DNA from: an uncultured Verrucomicrobiae bacterium
GTDB taxonomy: Bacteria > Verrucomicrobiota > Verrucomicrobiia > Limisphaerales > JAFGQR01
Length of the DNA stretch: 64,000 nt
Direction: 5' to 3'
NCBI GenBank assembly: GCA_963788655.1
Contig: CAWBHS010000101.1
Coordinates: 1-64,000, forward strand
Made by a program: the position numbers and the translations under genes. The first letter of the stretch is position 1; each line of letters starts with the position of its first letter. The notes under the pieces were generated by a model. The model saw nothing but the letters and a program-made list of their open reading frames with translations. It ran no database searches and was not told where the DNA came from. Shown here piece after piece: positions 44,614 through 55,353 of this stretch.

Positions 44614-44775
44614 CTTTTGTTCCCCACAGTGTGAGTTCGCGCCGCCACGCCAGGCAAGCGCTGTTTTTCTCAATCGCTCCCGCACGGATAAGCAAGAGGG
44701 GCTGAAACCGAGCCAACGACGCGTCCAGCACTCAAGGGCAGTTGCAATGTTGCTTCCCGGCGGTAGGCTATCGCC

Positions 44776-45177
44776 ATGAACTCAGGACCAAAACTGTTGC
44801 ACACGCGCTACCGCGTGAACGATCTCCAAAAGACGGTGGACTTCTACACCCAGGTGCTGGGCATGCAGGAAGTTCGCCGCCACAAATCGCCGCGCGGCTC
44901 GGAACTCGTATTTCTCAAGGCACCGGAAAGTGACGAACTCGTCGAGCTCTGCTCGTTTCCTGCCAGCGGCCCGGTGCAAGTGCAATCGGACCTGACCCAC
45001 CTGGCATTTCAAGTGGACAGTCTCGAGGAGTTCGCCAAACACCTCGCAACGTTCGCCCTCAAATACTCCGACGGCCCCACCCTCAAGCCGGACGGCAGTG
45101 GCTTTGCCTTCATCGACGCGCCGGAAGGCTACGAAATCGAGCTGATGCAAAACGGCAAGGACGGCAGCCAGTATTAG
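44776..45177 (+). CDS. VOC family protein (glyoxalase I-like)
   Basis: LLHT..RV.DL....DFY, HLAF, FI..P.GY.IEL. Confidence 0.9.
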   Translation: MNSGPKLLHTRYRVNDLQKTVDFYTQVLGMQEVRRHKSPRGSELVFLKAPESDELVELCSFPASGPVQVQSDLTHLAFQVDSLEEFAKHLATFALKYSDGPTLKPDGSGFAFIDAPEGYEIELMQNGKDGSQY

Positions 45178-45189
45178 CCGTGACTATTC

Positions 45190-45324
45190 AGTAGGACAGG
45201 CGTCCCGTCTGTCTCGAACGACTGCAAACCACCGATTTGCACTGCGGCGTTGCAAGTCTCTCCAAGTCACCAACAGGTGAGGATGTGCTTGGCGATTCGA
45301 GACAGTCGGGACGCCTGTCCTACT
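45190..45324. repeat. REP-like inverted doublet family B between convergent genes
   Basis: agtaggacaggcgtcccgtctgtctcgaa and ttcgagacagtcgggacgcctgtcctact: 29-bp arms, one mismatch. Confidence 0.85.
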
Positions 45325-45501
45325 GCGCCGAAATCGCATCATAGCTGCTCCAGCTACTGAATGGATACGGATTAGTGACCCCATCCAGACACATCAATAT
45401 ACCGGTCAGTTCGAAACATGCGTGGCCGTTCGCGCCGACAAAAATGGTGGCGCTCGGTGAGATTTCCGCGTCGTTGCGCCGGGAAATTTCCTCGGTGTTC
45501 G

Positions 45502-47874
45502 TCAGTCGTAAATTAGGAATGGTTTTCGTCGGGCCTGGAAATTGGCCAGGTCGCTCTTCCACAATTCCTTGATTTGCGCGAGCGGTCTGCCCGCTTTGAC
45601 GGCCGCCAGAACCTCACGATCCAGTAAAAGCGTTTGCAGTTTGTCGATGGCGATCTTGCCTGGATACAATCGCTGCAAGGTCAACGCGATCTCCAAGCCC
45701 GCATCCACCGCTTGAAAATGGTTGCGGTCGGTCACCGTGATGGATACCCCACCGCACGGTTGGTCTTTGAACGTGCTGTAGGTGGGAGTGAATCGGATCG
45801 CCTCAAATTGCACCCCAGCCAAACCAGCACCATTCAAGGCCGCCGCCAGTTGCAGGCCATCAATGTACGGAGCACCAAAAAGCTCGAAGGGCGTTTCCGT
45901 TCCCCGGCCCACCGAGAGCGCCGTCTCCAGCAAGCCGAGTCCCGGGTAAATCGTTGCCGCGCGCAGGCTGCGCATGTTGGGCGAGGGATTGACCCAGGGC
46001 AGCCCCGTTTCATCCATCCAATCGGTCCGCTTCCAGCCTTCCAGCGGGATGACCGTCAGATCGGCCTTCCAGCCACGGTCGGCATTGAACATCCGGGCGA
46101 GTTCGCCCACCGTCATGCCGTGCCGCAAGGGGAGCGCATGAAAGGCGATGAACTTGGACTCCCCGTGATAAACGGGACCTTCCACGGTCACGCCATTGAT
46201 CGGATTCACGCGGTCCAACACAACGAATTTTACCTTGGCGTTGGCCGCGGCTTCCATACACAGGCCCATGGTGGAAATGAAGGTGTAAAACCGGCAACCA
46301 ATGTCCTGGATATCGAACACCAGCGCGTCCAGTCCCTGCAACTGCTCCAGGCTGGGCGCACGCCGTTGGCCATAGAGACTGTAAATCGGCAGCCCGGTTT
46401 TGGTGTCAGTGTTGTCGCCCACTCGTTCATCGAGTGCGCCGCGAATCCCGTGCTCCGGACTGAACAGCGCCACCAGGCTGACGTCCGGCGCGTTCTTCAG
46501 CCGGTCGATGGTGGAAGTGCCCTGGCGGTCTCGGCCCGTTTGGTTGGTGATCAATCCGACGCGCATTTTTTTCAGCGGGGCGAATTTCTGTTTCACCAGC
46601 ACGTCGATGCCGTTGAGCACCGGTCGCGCCGGAACTGAGCTCGCAGATCCAGTCGGCGTGCCGGAGGTTTCCTGCCGGGACGGCAAGGCGCCAGGAACGT
46701 TGGTGAAGTTGAAACCTTTCACCGCTTCGGCGGCCAACGTTCCCAGCCGGGCTTCCAGCGGCAGGATGTTGCCTTTGCCATTCGGATGCACCCGGTTGGA
46801 GAGGAAGATATAGAAGGTCCGCGAAAACGGATCGATCCATAGGCACGTGCCCGTGAAGCCGGTGTGACCATAAGAGCCCAAGGGAAACAACTCGCCGCGG
46901 GGCCGGCTGTAGCCCGAGTCGATATCCCAGCCCAAGCCGCGTCGCGCTGGGACGGACGGCGGGGTTTGCACGCTGGTCATCAACTGGACCGTTTCGGGTT
47001 TGAAGAGGCGCACGCCATCCAATTCGCCGCCGTTGAGCAGCATCCGGGCGTAGCGGGCCAAGTCCGCTGCTGTGCTGAAAACGCCTGCATGTCCCGCAAC
47101 CCCGCCCATGTAACGCGAGGTCGGATCGTGGACCACGCCGCGCAGCCAGTTGGTGCCGATGCGTTGGGTGGGCGCAATGCGTGCCAGTTTCGACTTTGGC
47201 GGCAGGAAGCCAGTGTCCTTCATTTTCAATGGACGATAAATTTCCTGTTCAACGAAGGTTTCCAAACCCATCCCGCTGACCCGGCGCACAATGTCGCCCA
47301 GCAGGAAGAAATTGATGTCGCTATAACGAAACGCCGTACCCGGTGGCGTTCGCAGCTTCTCCGCGCATGCCAGTTGAATGGCCGTGTCGTAGCCTTTCCA
47401 CGGCGGCCGGGTGCTTACATCCGGTCGCAATCCGGACGTGTGCGTCATAAGTTGGCGCACGGTCACCTTTTCTTTGCCGCCGCCGGAAAACTCGGGAATG
47501 AACTTGCAGACCGGATCGTCCAGTTTCACCTGTCCGCGCTCGATCAACAGCATCATGGCCGGCGTGCAGGCCACGACCTTGGTCAGCGATGCCAGGTCAA
47601 AAATCGTGTCCAAGGTCATCGGCTCGAGCTGCGGTTCCAACGCCCGATGCCCGTAAGCCTGATGGTATTCCTGGCCCGCATGCTCGAGCCACAACACGCC
47701 GCCCGGACAACGTTTCTCGGCGATGGCATTCGTAATGGCCGTGTCCATCTCGTGTAACACGGTGGAATTGAAAACAGCCGGCTGGTGAACGCAACCGGTC
47801 AAGCCGCCCAAACTCCCCAGGCACACCAGCCCGAACCAACCAAACGACATCCGCAGCAAGGATCGAGGATTCAT
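45502..47874 (-). CDS. Lipoprotein: beta-lactamase-family serine hydrolase fused to DUF1343 (NamZ-like exo-beta-N-acetylmuramidase)
   Basis: ASLTK, YSD, GHTGFTG; then GL.TN.TG, PEHG, DIQD.G.RFYT, LDR.NP, HGMT.GE, PSPN, GRGT. Confidence 0.9.
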   Translation of the reverse strand: MNPRSLLRMSFGWFGLVCLGSLGGLTGCVHQPAVFNSTVLHEMDTAITNAIAEKRCPGGVLWLEHAGQEYHQAYGHRALEPQLEPMTLDTIFDLASLTKVVACTPAMMLLIERGQVKLDDPVCKFIPEFSGGGKEKVTVRQLMTHTSGLRPDVSTRPPWKGYDTAIQLACAEKLRTPPGTAFRYSDINFFLLGDIVRRVSGMGLETFVEQEIYRPLKMKDTGFLPPKSKLARIAPTQRIGTNWLRGVVHDPTSRYMGGVAGHAGVFSTAADLARYARMLLNGGELDGVRLFKPETVQLMTSVQTPPSVPARRGLGWDIDSGYSRPRGELFPLGSYGHTGFTGTCLWIDPFSRTFYIFLSNRVHPNGKGNILPLEARLGTLAAEAVKGFNFTNVPGALPSRQETSGTPTGSASSVPARPVLNGIDVLVKQKFAPLKKMRVGLITNQTGRDRQGTSTIDRLKNAPDVSLVALFSPEHGIRGALDERVGDNTDTKTGLPIYSLYGQRRAPSLEQLQGLDALVFDIQDIGCRFYTFISTMGLCMEAAANAKVKFVVLDRVNPINGVTVEGPVYHGESKFIAFHALPLRHGMTVGELARMFNADRGWKADLTVIPLEGWKRTDWMDETGLPWVNPSPNMRSLRAATIYPGLGLLETALSVGRGTETPFELFGAPYIDGLQLAAALNGAGLAGVQFEAIRFTPTYSTFKDQPCGGVSITVTDRNHFQAVDAGLEIALTLQRLYPGKIAIDKLQTLLLDREVLAAVKAGRPLAQIKELWKSDLANFQARRKPFLIYD

Positions 47875-47945
47875 ACTGAAATGAATGATCGCGGAAACGC
47901 TGATAAAATGCAGTCGAAAATTTTGATTTTGAGTGGGCGGGCATT

Positions 47946-48020
47946 GATGCCGGATGCCGGATGCCGGATGCCGGATGCCGGATGCCGGATGCCGGATGCC
48001 AGATGCCAGATGCCAGATGC
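47946..48020 (+). repeat. Heptamer tandem repeat (GATGCCG)7(GATGCCA)3GATGC
   Basis: Read directly from the sequence. Confidence 0.95.
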
Positions 48021-48108
48021 TTTCTCCAACTTGGCTTGGTTGGCAGCGTTGCTTGGACGTCGCGCGTCAAGGGGGGAGTTGCGCAAAATGCCGGTACCTT
48101 CAGAAGGT

Positions 48109-48254
48109 CGCGCCAGCGTTTGGAGCGCGTGGAGCTTGCTCCCGCTTTCGTTAACCGCAGCGCGCCAGGAGAGGCGGAGCGCCATTGAAATGTTGGTGGG
48201 CGGCTCTCCCTCCTGAAAGCGCCGGCAAGCCGGGCGCACTCCAAACGCTGCGCG
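48109..48254. repeat. REP-like doublet family A
   Basis: Arms match 12981-13129. Confidence 0.85.
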
Positions 48255-48395
48255 ACGTTCGGCTGCCCCATCCGAATTTTCAGATTTCGGTCTTCAGCTT
48301 TTTTTCGGATTCCGCTCTGGTCTTCGGATTTGATTGCCATTTTAACGTCGGACGACATAAGTTTACCAACCATCAGCGACAACACACGTACCAGC

Positions 48396-49874
48396 ATGAA
48401 AACCATTTGTATTCTGATTGCTTCCCTCCTCGGACTGGGTGCCACGGCGCCGCTTGCCCACGCCGCAACCCGTCCCAACATCTTGTTCATCGCCGTGGAT
48501 GACTTGCGGCCCGAATTGGGCTGCTACGGAAACTCGATCATTAAAAGCCCGAATCTCGACCGTATCGCGCGGGCCGGCGTCGTCTTTGACCGCGCGTATT
48601 GTCAGCAGGCGGTTTGTTCGCCTTCGCGGTCCAGTCTGCTGACCGGCACGCGGCCCGATACCACGAAGGTTTGGGATCTGCAAACGCACTTTCGCAAGGC
48701 GCTGCCGGACGTGGACACGCTGCCGCAATGGTTCAAGAACCATGGCTATTTCGTGCAGGGTATGGGTAAGATTTTTCACGGCGGCTTCAACGATCCGCCC
48801 TCGTGGTCGGTCCCGTGGAGGAGGCCGAAAGCTCAGGCTTATGGCACGGCGGAAAGCCGGGCGATGATCAGCCGGAAGCGCCAACGGGCCATCGCGCAAG
48901 GGCTGAACGAGACGGCCATTCAACGGACAGCGCGCGGCCCGGCTTACGAAGCCGCCGACGTGCCGGACAACACCTTTCATGATGGCGCGCTGGCGGACAT
49001 GGCCGTAGCCTCGTTGCGCGAGTTGAAGCGGAAGGAGCAACCGTTCTTCCTCGCGGTGGGTTTTATCCGGCCGCATCTGCCGTTCGTGGCGCCCAAGAAA
49101 TATTGGGACCTTTACGATCCGGCCGCCATCCCGCTCGCCCCCAATCCATTTCGGCCGAAAGACGCGCCCGAGTATGCGATCCTCGACGGTGGCGAACTGC
49201 GCAGTTACGACAGCATTCCCAAAGGCCACCTGGCAGACGACCTCGCGCGCCGCCTCAAACACGGCTATTACGCCGCGGTAAGCTACATGGATGTGCAGGT
49301 GGGTCGCGTGCTGGATGAACTCGACCGGCTGGGGTTGCGCGACAACACCATCATTATCCTGTGGGGCGATCATGGCTGGAAACTGGGCGAGCACGATGCC
49401 TGGTGTAAACACAGCAACGTCGAGAACGACACCTGGGCGCCGCTCCTGATGTCCGTGCCCGGCATGAAGAACGCCGGTAAACACACCCGGGCGCTGGTCG
49501 AGTTTGTGGATATTTACCCGACGCTCGCCGACCTGGCGGGTTTGCCATTGCCGGGCCATCTCGAGGGGACGAGTTTTGCGCCCGTGCTGGACGACCTGGA
49601 CCGGCCGTGGAAAGCTGCTGCCTTCAGCCAGTATCCTCGTGGCGTGCGAGGGAAGCGGCTGATGGGCTACACGATGCGCACCGACCGTTACCGATTCACG
49701 ATGTGGCTGCACCGCGCTGATCATTCGCAAGTCGATGCCATCGAGCTGTACGACCACCAGACCGATCCGCAGGAAAACTCAAACCTTGCCGCCCGGCCTG
49801 AAAATGCGGACTTGGTGAAGGAGTTGACCGCCAAACTGAGAGCGGGCTGGAAAGCCGCGCGGCCCGGTGGCTGA
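48396..49874 (+). CDS. Secreted S1 sulfatase (iduronate-2-sulfatase-like)
   Basis: NILFI.VDD, CSPSR..LLTG, GKIFH, PHLP, GDHG. Confidence 0.93.
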   Translation: MKTICILIASLLGLGATAPLAHAATRPNILFIAVDDLRPELGCYGNSIIKSPNLDRIARAGVVFDRAYCQQAVCSPSRSSLLTGTRPDTTKVWDLQTHFRKALPDVDTLPQWFKNHGYFVQGMGKIFHGGFNDPPSWSVPWRRPKAQAYGTAESRAMISRKRQRAIAQGLNETAIQRTARGPAYEAADVPDNTFHDGALADMAVASLRELKRKEQPFFLAVGFIRPHLPFVAPKKYWDLYDPAAIPLAPNPFRPKDAPEYAILDGGELRSYDSIPKGHLADDLARRLKHGYYAAVSYMDVQVGRVLDELDRLGLRDNTIIILWGDHGWKLGEHDAWCKHSNVENDTWAPLLMSVPGMKNAGKHTRALVEFVDIYPTLADLAGLPLPGHLEGTSFAPVLDDLDRPWKAAAFSQYPRGVRGKRLMGYTMRTDRYRFTMWLHRADHSQVDAIELYDHQTDPQENSNLAARPENADLVKELTAKLRAGWKAARPGG

Positions 49875-50013
49875 TGCGCAGTGGTTCTCTTTAAAGCAGC
49901 CGCATTCTCACGAACGCAGCTACAGTCACTGCATACATACCGCCATGAGCATTAACATACGAGGTAATAACAACTCCTTTTGTGGTGTCGTTTGCAGCGG
50001 GCGGGTGATGGGG

Positions 50014-50138
50014 CGCGCCAGCGTTTGGAGTGCGTGGAGCTTGCTCCCGCTTTTAACTAATCGCGCCCCAGGTAGAGTGTGACCGCGCCTTCCCAGTCGA
50101 AAGCGCCGGCAAGCCGGGCGCACTCCAAACGCTTCGCG
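50014..50138. repeat. REP-like doublet family A
   Basis: Arms match 12981-13129. Confidence 0.85.
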
Positions 50139-50302
50139 ACATACGGAGGTTGGCGGGCACTCGCCTCCTTGCACAATTGCTTGCTTCGCCGCCAGCCGGG
50201 AGTTCGCCGTAGGCCGTCAGACCGTTTCCCAATGACCAGGCTTGCGCTTTGCGCAGGTTCAATTCAGGATGCGCCTCAATTACCCAACTGGAACATTTGA
50301 TT

Positions 50303-51683
50303 ATGAACAACGACACTTTCTTACTCACCGGGTTGCTCGTGGTGTTGAGCAGCGGCTTCACTCAAGCCAAGGACTGGCAACTGGTCTGGTCCGACGAATT
50401 CGACAAAGCCGGTTTGCCCGACTCATCGAAATGGAATTACGAGGAAGGATTTATACGGAATCGCGAACAACAGTATTACACCCGCGACCGCGCTGCAAAC
50501 GCGCGCGTGGAAGACGGTTGCCTGCTCATTGAGTCCCGGCACGAGAAGTTCCCCAATCCCCGCTATCGGGCGGACGCCCAAAACGATTGGAAGCGGTCGC
50601 AAGAATTCGCGCCCTACACTTCCGCCAGCCTCACCACGCGAGGCCTGACGACTTGGCGTTACGGCCGCATTGAAGTGCGCGCCAAACTGCCCGGCGGTCG
50701 CGGCGTATGGCCCGCGATCTGGATGCTGGGTGCCAATCGCAACGCCGGGTGGCCGGCGTGCGGCGAGATCGACATCATGGAATTCGTCGGCCATGATCCC
50801 GATACGATCCATGGCACGGTTCACACCGCCAAATACAATCACGTCAAGAAAACGCAGAAGGGCTCGACGCTGAAGGTCAAGGCGCCCGACGCCGACTTCC
50901 ACCTTTACGCCATCGAATGGGACGCCGACAAAATCGATTTCTTCGTGGACGACACCAAATATTTTACTTTCAAAAACGAACACACCGGCACGGACGCCTG
51001 GCCATTTGACCATCCGCACTATCTCATTCTCAACACAGCTATTGGCGGCAGTTGGGGCGGCGCCAAGGGGATTGACGACTCCATTTTTCCAACCCGTTTT
51101 GCCATCGATTACGTGCGAGTCTATCAGGAGAAGGAAACGGCTCGGTGCCGCTACCGAGGCGCGGAAGGCCACCGGCCGACGCGTGGCGTTGTTTGACGGC
51201 AAAACGCTGAATGGATGGACCGTGCTGAAGTGCGACGCCATCGTAGATGACGGCAACATTCTGCTCCAGGGTGGCAACGGCCTGGTGCAAACCAAACGCA
51301 AATACGGCAACTTCATTTTCGAGTTCGACTGGAAAGCCCTGCGCGCGGACCAGTGGGATAGCGGCGTTTATTTCCGCTATGACTCGGTTCCAGCCAACGA
51401 GCCCTGGCCCAATCGTTACCAGGCCAACCTGCGGCAGGGAATGGAAGGCAACGTCAGCAATTTACGGGGCGCCGAAAGCAAGGGATTGGTCAAGGCGGGC
51501 GATTGGAATCGGTTCAAGCTGACCGTGCGCGACACGAAGGCCCAAATGGAAATCAATGGCCAACCAGCGTGGAACGCGGACGGATTGGCAGGTTCCCGTG
51601 AAGGCTACATCGCGCTCCAGGCGGAAGTGCCGGGGGGCGGTCAGCATCGATTCCGGAACATTTACCTGACCGAACTGCCGTAG
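50303..51683 (+). CDS. GH16 beta-glucanase, probably fused to a DUF1080 (3-keto-disaccharide hydrolase-like) domain through a frameshift near 51140
   Basis: WSDEF, WPA.WM, EIDIME; then LFDGK.L.GW, DSG..FR, W N, G.I.LQ, FRNI in the next frame with no clear start. Confidence 0.8.
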
Positions 51684-51794
51684 GTCGTCGGGCCGCGGTC
51701 GTGCCATTCCATTCGTGTCAACGGCAAATGGCGCCGCTGACATCGTCTGAGGTGGGCGCGCTTCTTTTCTATTTGAATTGCGGTGAGATCAGAA

Positions 51795-52616
51795 TTAACC
51801 GGCCGCAGTCAGCGTCACCCGCAGCTTCGCCGCCAATTGCTCGGCGGTTGACTGTTCCAGAATCAACGTCTTTTCCGCTTCAAAGGCCAGCACCGCAATC
51901 TTGGCTACCGCGCACGTTTCGAGGGTTTGCGGGCCGACACAGGGAATGTCGAAGCGCATGTCGTGCTGTTCCTTGGCCACTTTGACCGCGACCGCCCCGC
52001 CGCGTCGCCCGGCCAATTCGCCGCCGCGCGCCAGGCAACGGTCGGTGCCCTCAAATCCTTCGACCGCCAGCACGGTGCCGTCTTTGACAACGACGGTTTG
52101 GCCAATTTCCAGCCGCGCCGCTTGTTTGGCAATCCGCAAGCCGAAGGCCACGTCAGCTTGTTGACCGGCGGACAAGCGCGGCCCGACTTGATACCCGGCC
52201 ACCGGCATGAGCGGCTGGAGCCAGGGAGTGGCTGCGATCAATTTCACTCCGTCCCGTTGTAGTTCCCGGGCGATCGCGCCAAAGATGGTGTGGGCATTCT
52301 TCTCCTTGAGCTGGAAGAGCATTTTCATCGCCCGCAAATCCGGCCGCAGGTCAAAAAGGTTCCGGGGGGCGATCTGGCCGACCATGACACATTGGGCAAT
52401 TCCATGCTCGGTAAACGCGGCGATCATGCGGCCCAGTTGGCCGACCTTCAACCACACGATGGTGTCCACCAATCGCGCCAATTCCGGATCCGTTTCTCCT
52501 TGAAACGCCACGGCCACCAGTCGCTTCACGCCCAACTGGCGGGCTTGCCGGGCAAAGATCAGCGGCAGGGATCGGTTCCCCGCAATGAGGCCCAAGGATT
52601 CGCGGGATGCCGTCAT
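51795..52616 (-). CDS. lpxI: UDP-2,3-diacylglucosamine diphosphatase LpxI
   Basis: GLIAG...P, IGQTVVV, AVE..EGTD, K...D.RFD.P.VG. Confidence 0.88.
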   Translation of the reverse strand: MTASRESLGLIAGNRSLPLIFARQARQLGVKRLVAVAFQGETDPELARLVDTIVWLKVGQLGRMIAAFTEHGIAQCVMVGQIAPRNLFDLRPDLRAMKMLFQLKEKNAHTIFGAIARELQRDGVKLIAATPWLQPLMPVAGYQVGPRLSAGQQADVAFGLRIAKQAARLEIGQTVVVKDGTVLAVEGFEGTDRCLARGGELAGRRGGAVAVKVAKEQHDMRFDIPCVGPQTLETCAVAKIAVLAFEAEKTLILEQSTAEQLAAKLRVTLTAAG

Positions 52617-53085
52617 GCGATGCCGGCTGAATGGTTCCCGCCCGTTCGGTTCCAACCGAGCAATTCTTTCCCGTAAAACATCCGCCCATTGAAGGGCAAA
52701 GACGCGGCGATGTAAACGGGTTTGCCGCCACCGCCACATCATTCACAAGTGGGCGCCCCGGAGCCGTTTGCCGCTTCTGGCCGGGGCATGCAACGTGCTG
52801 GGCATTGACGGTGAACTATGGATCGGTGCGAAGGCGTCGCACGCTCCGCGGTATCCGCCAGCGTGCGACTGCCTCCGCCAATGCAGGGAGGCAAATCTTG
52901 GCCCCTGGCATTTCCGGGGTGGCGGCGCGCGTCGGCCAGTCGGCAGCGGGTGAACTATCCTGACCGATGGGCGGTGGGTGCTGGCCAAGACATTGCTCAA
53001 GCACTGCGGGTCGATTCCGATAACCATAAGTAGCCTGCAAACAAGGCTGTTATTGAAGCGTGGCGAAGCGGATTTAAAGAACATC

Positions 53086-54904
53086 ATGGCTAAGAACGTG
53101 CAAAACCCGTTGCCCTCCACCAAACCCATTGTAACGATGGCATTTCTGGTGCTGGTGGCAGTGGTTGGCGTCAGCGCCTGGGTCTATGTGGCCGGCAGTC
53201 ACGCGTTGCGGGCGCAGGCCAGGGAACAGGGTATTTCCATTTATACCCAAGGCGCCGAAGCCGGGGTTTCCGCCCAGGTTCCCGTAACGACCAAGTCCCG
53301 CGAGGAAACCGAACGGGGCTTTGTCCGGTTGCTCAAGCAAGTGGACGATTGGGCCATCAAAGTCTCCCTGGCGACCGCCGCCAGCGGCGCGGGGATGATG
53401 CTCACGCTCGTGTTTGGCATCGGTTGGTGGCGGCACAACTGGGCCCGCCGGGTGACGCTCCGCAAGGATGAACTCGAAGCCAACTCGAACAAACTGGAGC
53501 AAGCGCTGGCGGAAATTCAGCACGAACTGAAATTGGAGTTGGAGAAGCGCCACGGTCTGGAAAAACAGGTCGAACAATTCACCACCCAGATGGACGAGCG
53601 CGTCCGAGCCAGCACCGCGGAGTTAAGCCGCGAACGCGACGCGTTGGAGAAGGAACTCAATGACCGCAAAGCCGCCGAAAAGAACCTGACCTATCAACGC
53701 CAGGAACTGACCCGTTCCAAGGATGTCCTGGAGATGCACGTGCAAGCCCGCACGCAGGAACTGCAAATACTCCAGCGCCGCTATGAGCACATTTTGAATT
53801 CGGCGGGTGAAGGCATCTACGGGCTGGACCTGCAAGGCAAGACCACGTTCGTCAACCCCGCCGCCGCCAAGCTGACCGGTTGGAGCGTCGAGGAATTGGT
53901 GGGCAAACCCGAGCGCGAGATCTTCCACCGGCAGGCGACCGATGGCGCCCCCACCGGCCACACGCAAATGATGGACCGGCATGGCAATCTCCTGGCCGAA
54001 CAGACCTTCTTCCGCAAGAACGGCACTTCCTTCCCGGTGGAGTATGTCCGCACGCCCATCATGGAAAACGGCCGGATGGTTGGTGCGGTGGTGTTATTCA
54101 AAGACATCACCGAACGCAAACGTTCCGAAGAAACCCTGGCCCGCAAAGCCGCCGAACTGGCCCGCTCCAACGCCGAACTCGAACAGTTCGCTTATGTGGC
54201 CTCTCACGATCTCCAGGAACCGTTGCGCAAAATCCAAGCCTTCGGTGACCGCCTGAAGGCCAAGGTGGATGCCGCCAAGCTGGCCGAGGGCCGCGATTAC
54301 CTCGATCGGATGCAGAGCGCCGCCGCCCGCATGCAAGCGTTGATCAACGACCTGCTCACCTTCTCCCGCGTCGTCAGCAGCAACCAGCCCATGGTGGCAG
54401 TGGACCTCGGTCAGGTGACCAAAGAAGGTCCTGAGCGATCTCGAAGTCCGGATCGAAAAGTCCAAAGCCAAGGTGGAGATGGGCGATCTGCCAACCATTG
54501 ATGCCGACCCGCTGCAAATGCGCCAACTCCTGCAAAACCTGATCAGCAACTCGGTCAAGTTTCAAGCGCCCGGCGCCAGTCCGGTGGTGAAAATCGACGC
54601 CCAAATTATTAAACGTCCGTTCTCCTGCGCCAAGAATCCCACGCCGGACGACGAAGTGTGCGAGTTGATGGTCAAGGACAATGGCATTGGGTTCGAGGAG
54701 CAATATGCCGAAAAGATTTTTGCGGTCTTCCAACGCCTGCACGGCCGCAGCGAATACGAAGGCACCGGGGTCGGTTTGGCGGTGTGCCGCCGGATTGCCG
54801 ACCACCACGGCGGCACCATCAATGCCTCCAGCAAATTAGGCGAAGGCGCCACGTTCACCGTGACCTTGCCCGTGCGGCATCCCAATGGAGAAATCAATAC
54901 ATGA
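53086..54904 (+). CDS. Membrane PAS sensor histidine kinase, one frameshift near 54428
   Basis: Two TM segments, coiled coil, PAS, FAYVASHDLQEPLR, NL..N..KF, DNGIG, GTG.GL. Confidence 0.92.
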
Positions 54905-55353
54905 GCGAAAAAGCAAAATCCCTGGTCATCCTCATGGCCGATGATGACGCCGACGACCGGCTGCTGGCCCAAGATGCCTTGACCGAGTGCAAACTGGCCA
55001 ACGACCTGCACTTCGTGGAAAACGGCGAAGAACTGCTGGACTTCCTGCACCATCGCGGCAAGTTCAGCGCCGCGCCCGAATTCCCCCGGCCCGGCCTGAT
55101 CCTGCTGGACCTGAACATGCCGCGTAAAGATGGCCGCGAAGCCCTGCGCGAAATCAAAGCCGACCCCGAACTGCGCCAGATTCCCGTGGTCGTGCTGACC
55201 ACGTCCCGCGCGGACACGGACATCGGGCGCATTTATGAACTGGGCGCCAATTCCTTCATTGCCAAACCGGTCACCTTCGATTCGCTCGTCAATGTGATGC
55301 GCACGCTGGGCAAGTACTGGTTTGAAATCGTCGAACTTCCCGCCAAAAACTAA
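54901..55353 (+). CDS. Single-domain response regulator (Rcp1-like)
   Basis: LILLDLNMP, VVLTTS, Y.LGANS.I.KP, YWF. Confidence 0.93.
   Translation: MSEKAKSLVILMADDDADDRLLAQDALTECKLANDLHFVENGEELLDFLHHRGKFSAAPEFPRPGLILLDLNMPRKDGREALREIKADPELRQIPVVVLTTSRADTDIGRIYELGANSFIAKPVTFDSLVNVMRTLGKYWFEIVELPAKN

Noticed and set aside
47946..48020. Possible CRISPR array
   Set aside because: Contiguous 7-mers with no spacers; no cas genes in the window
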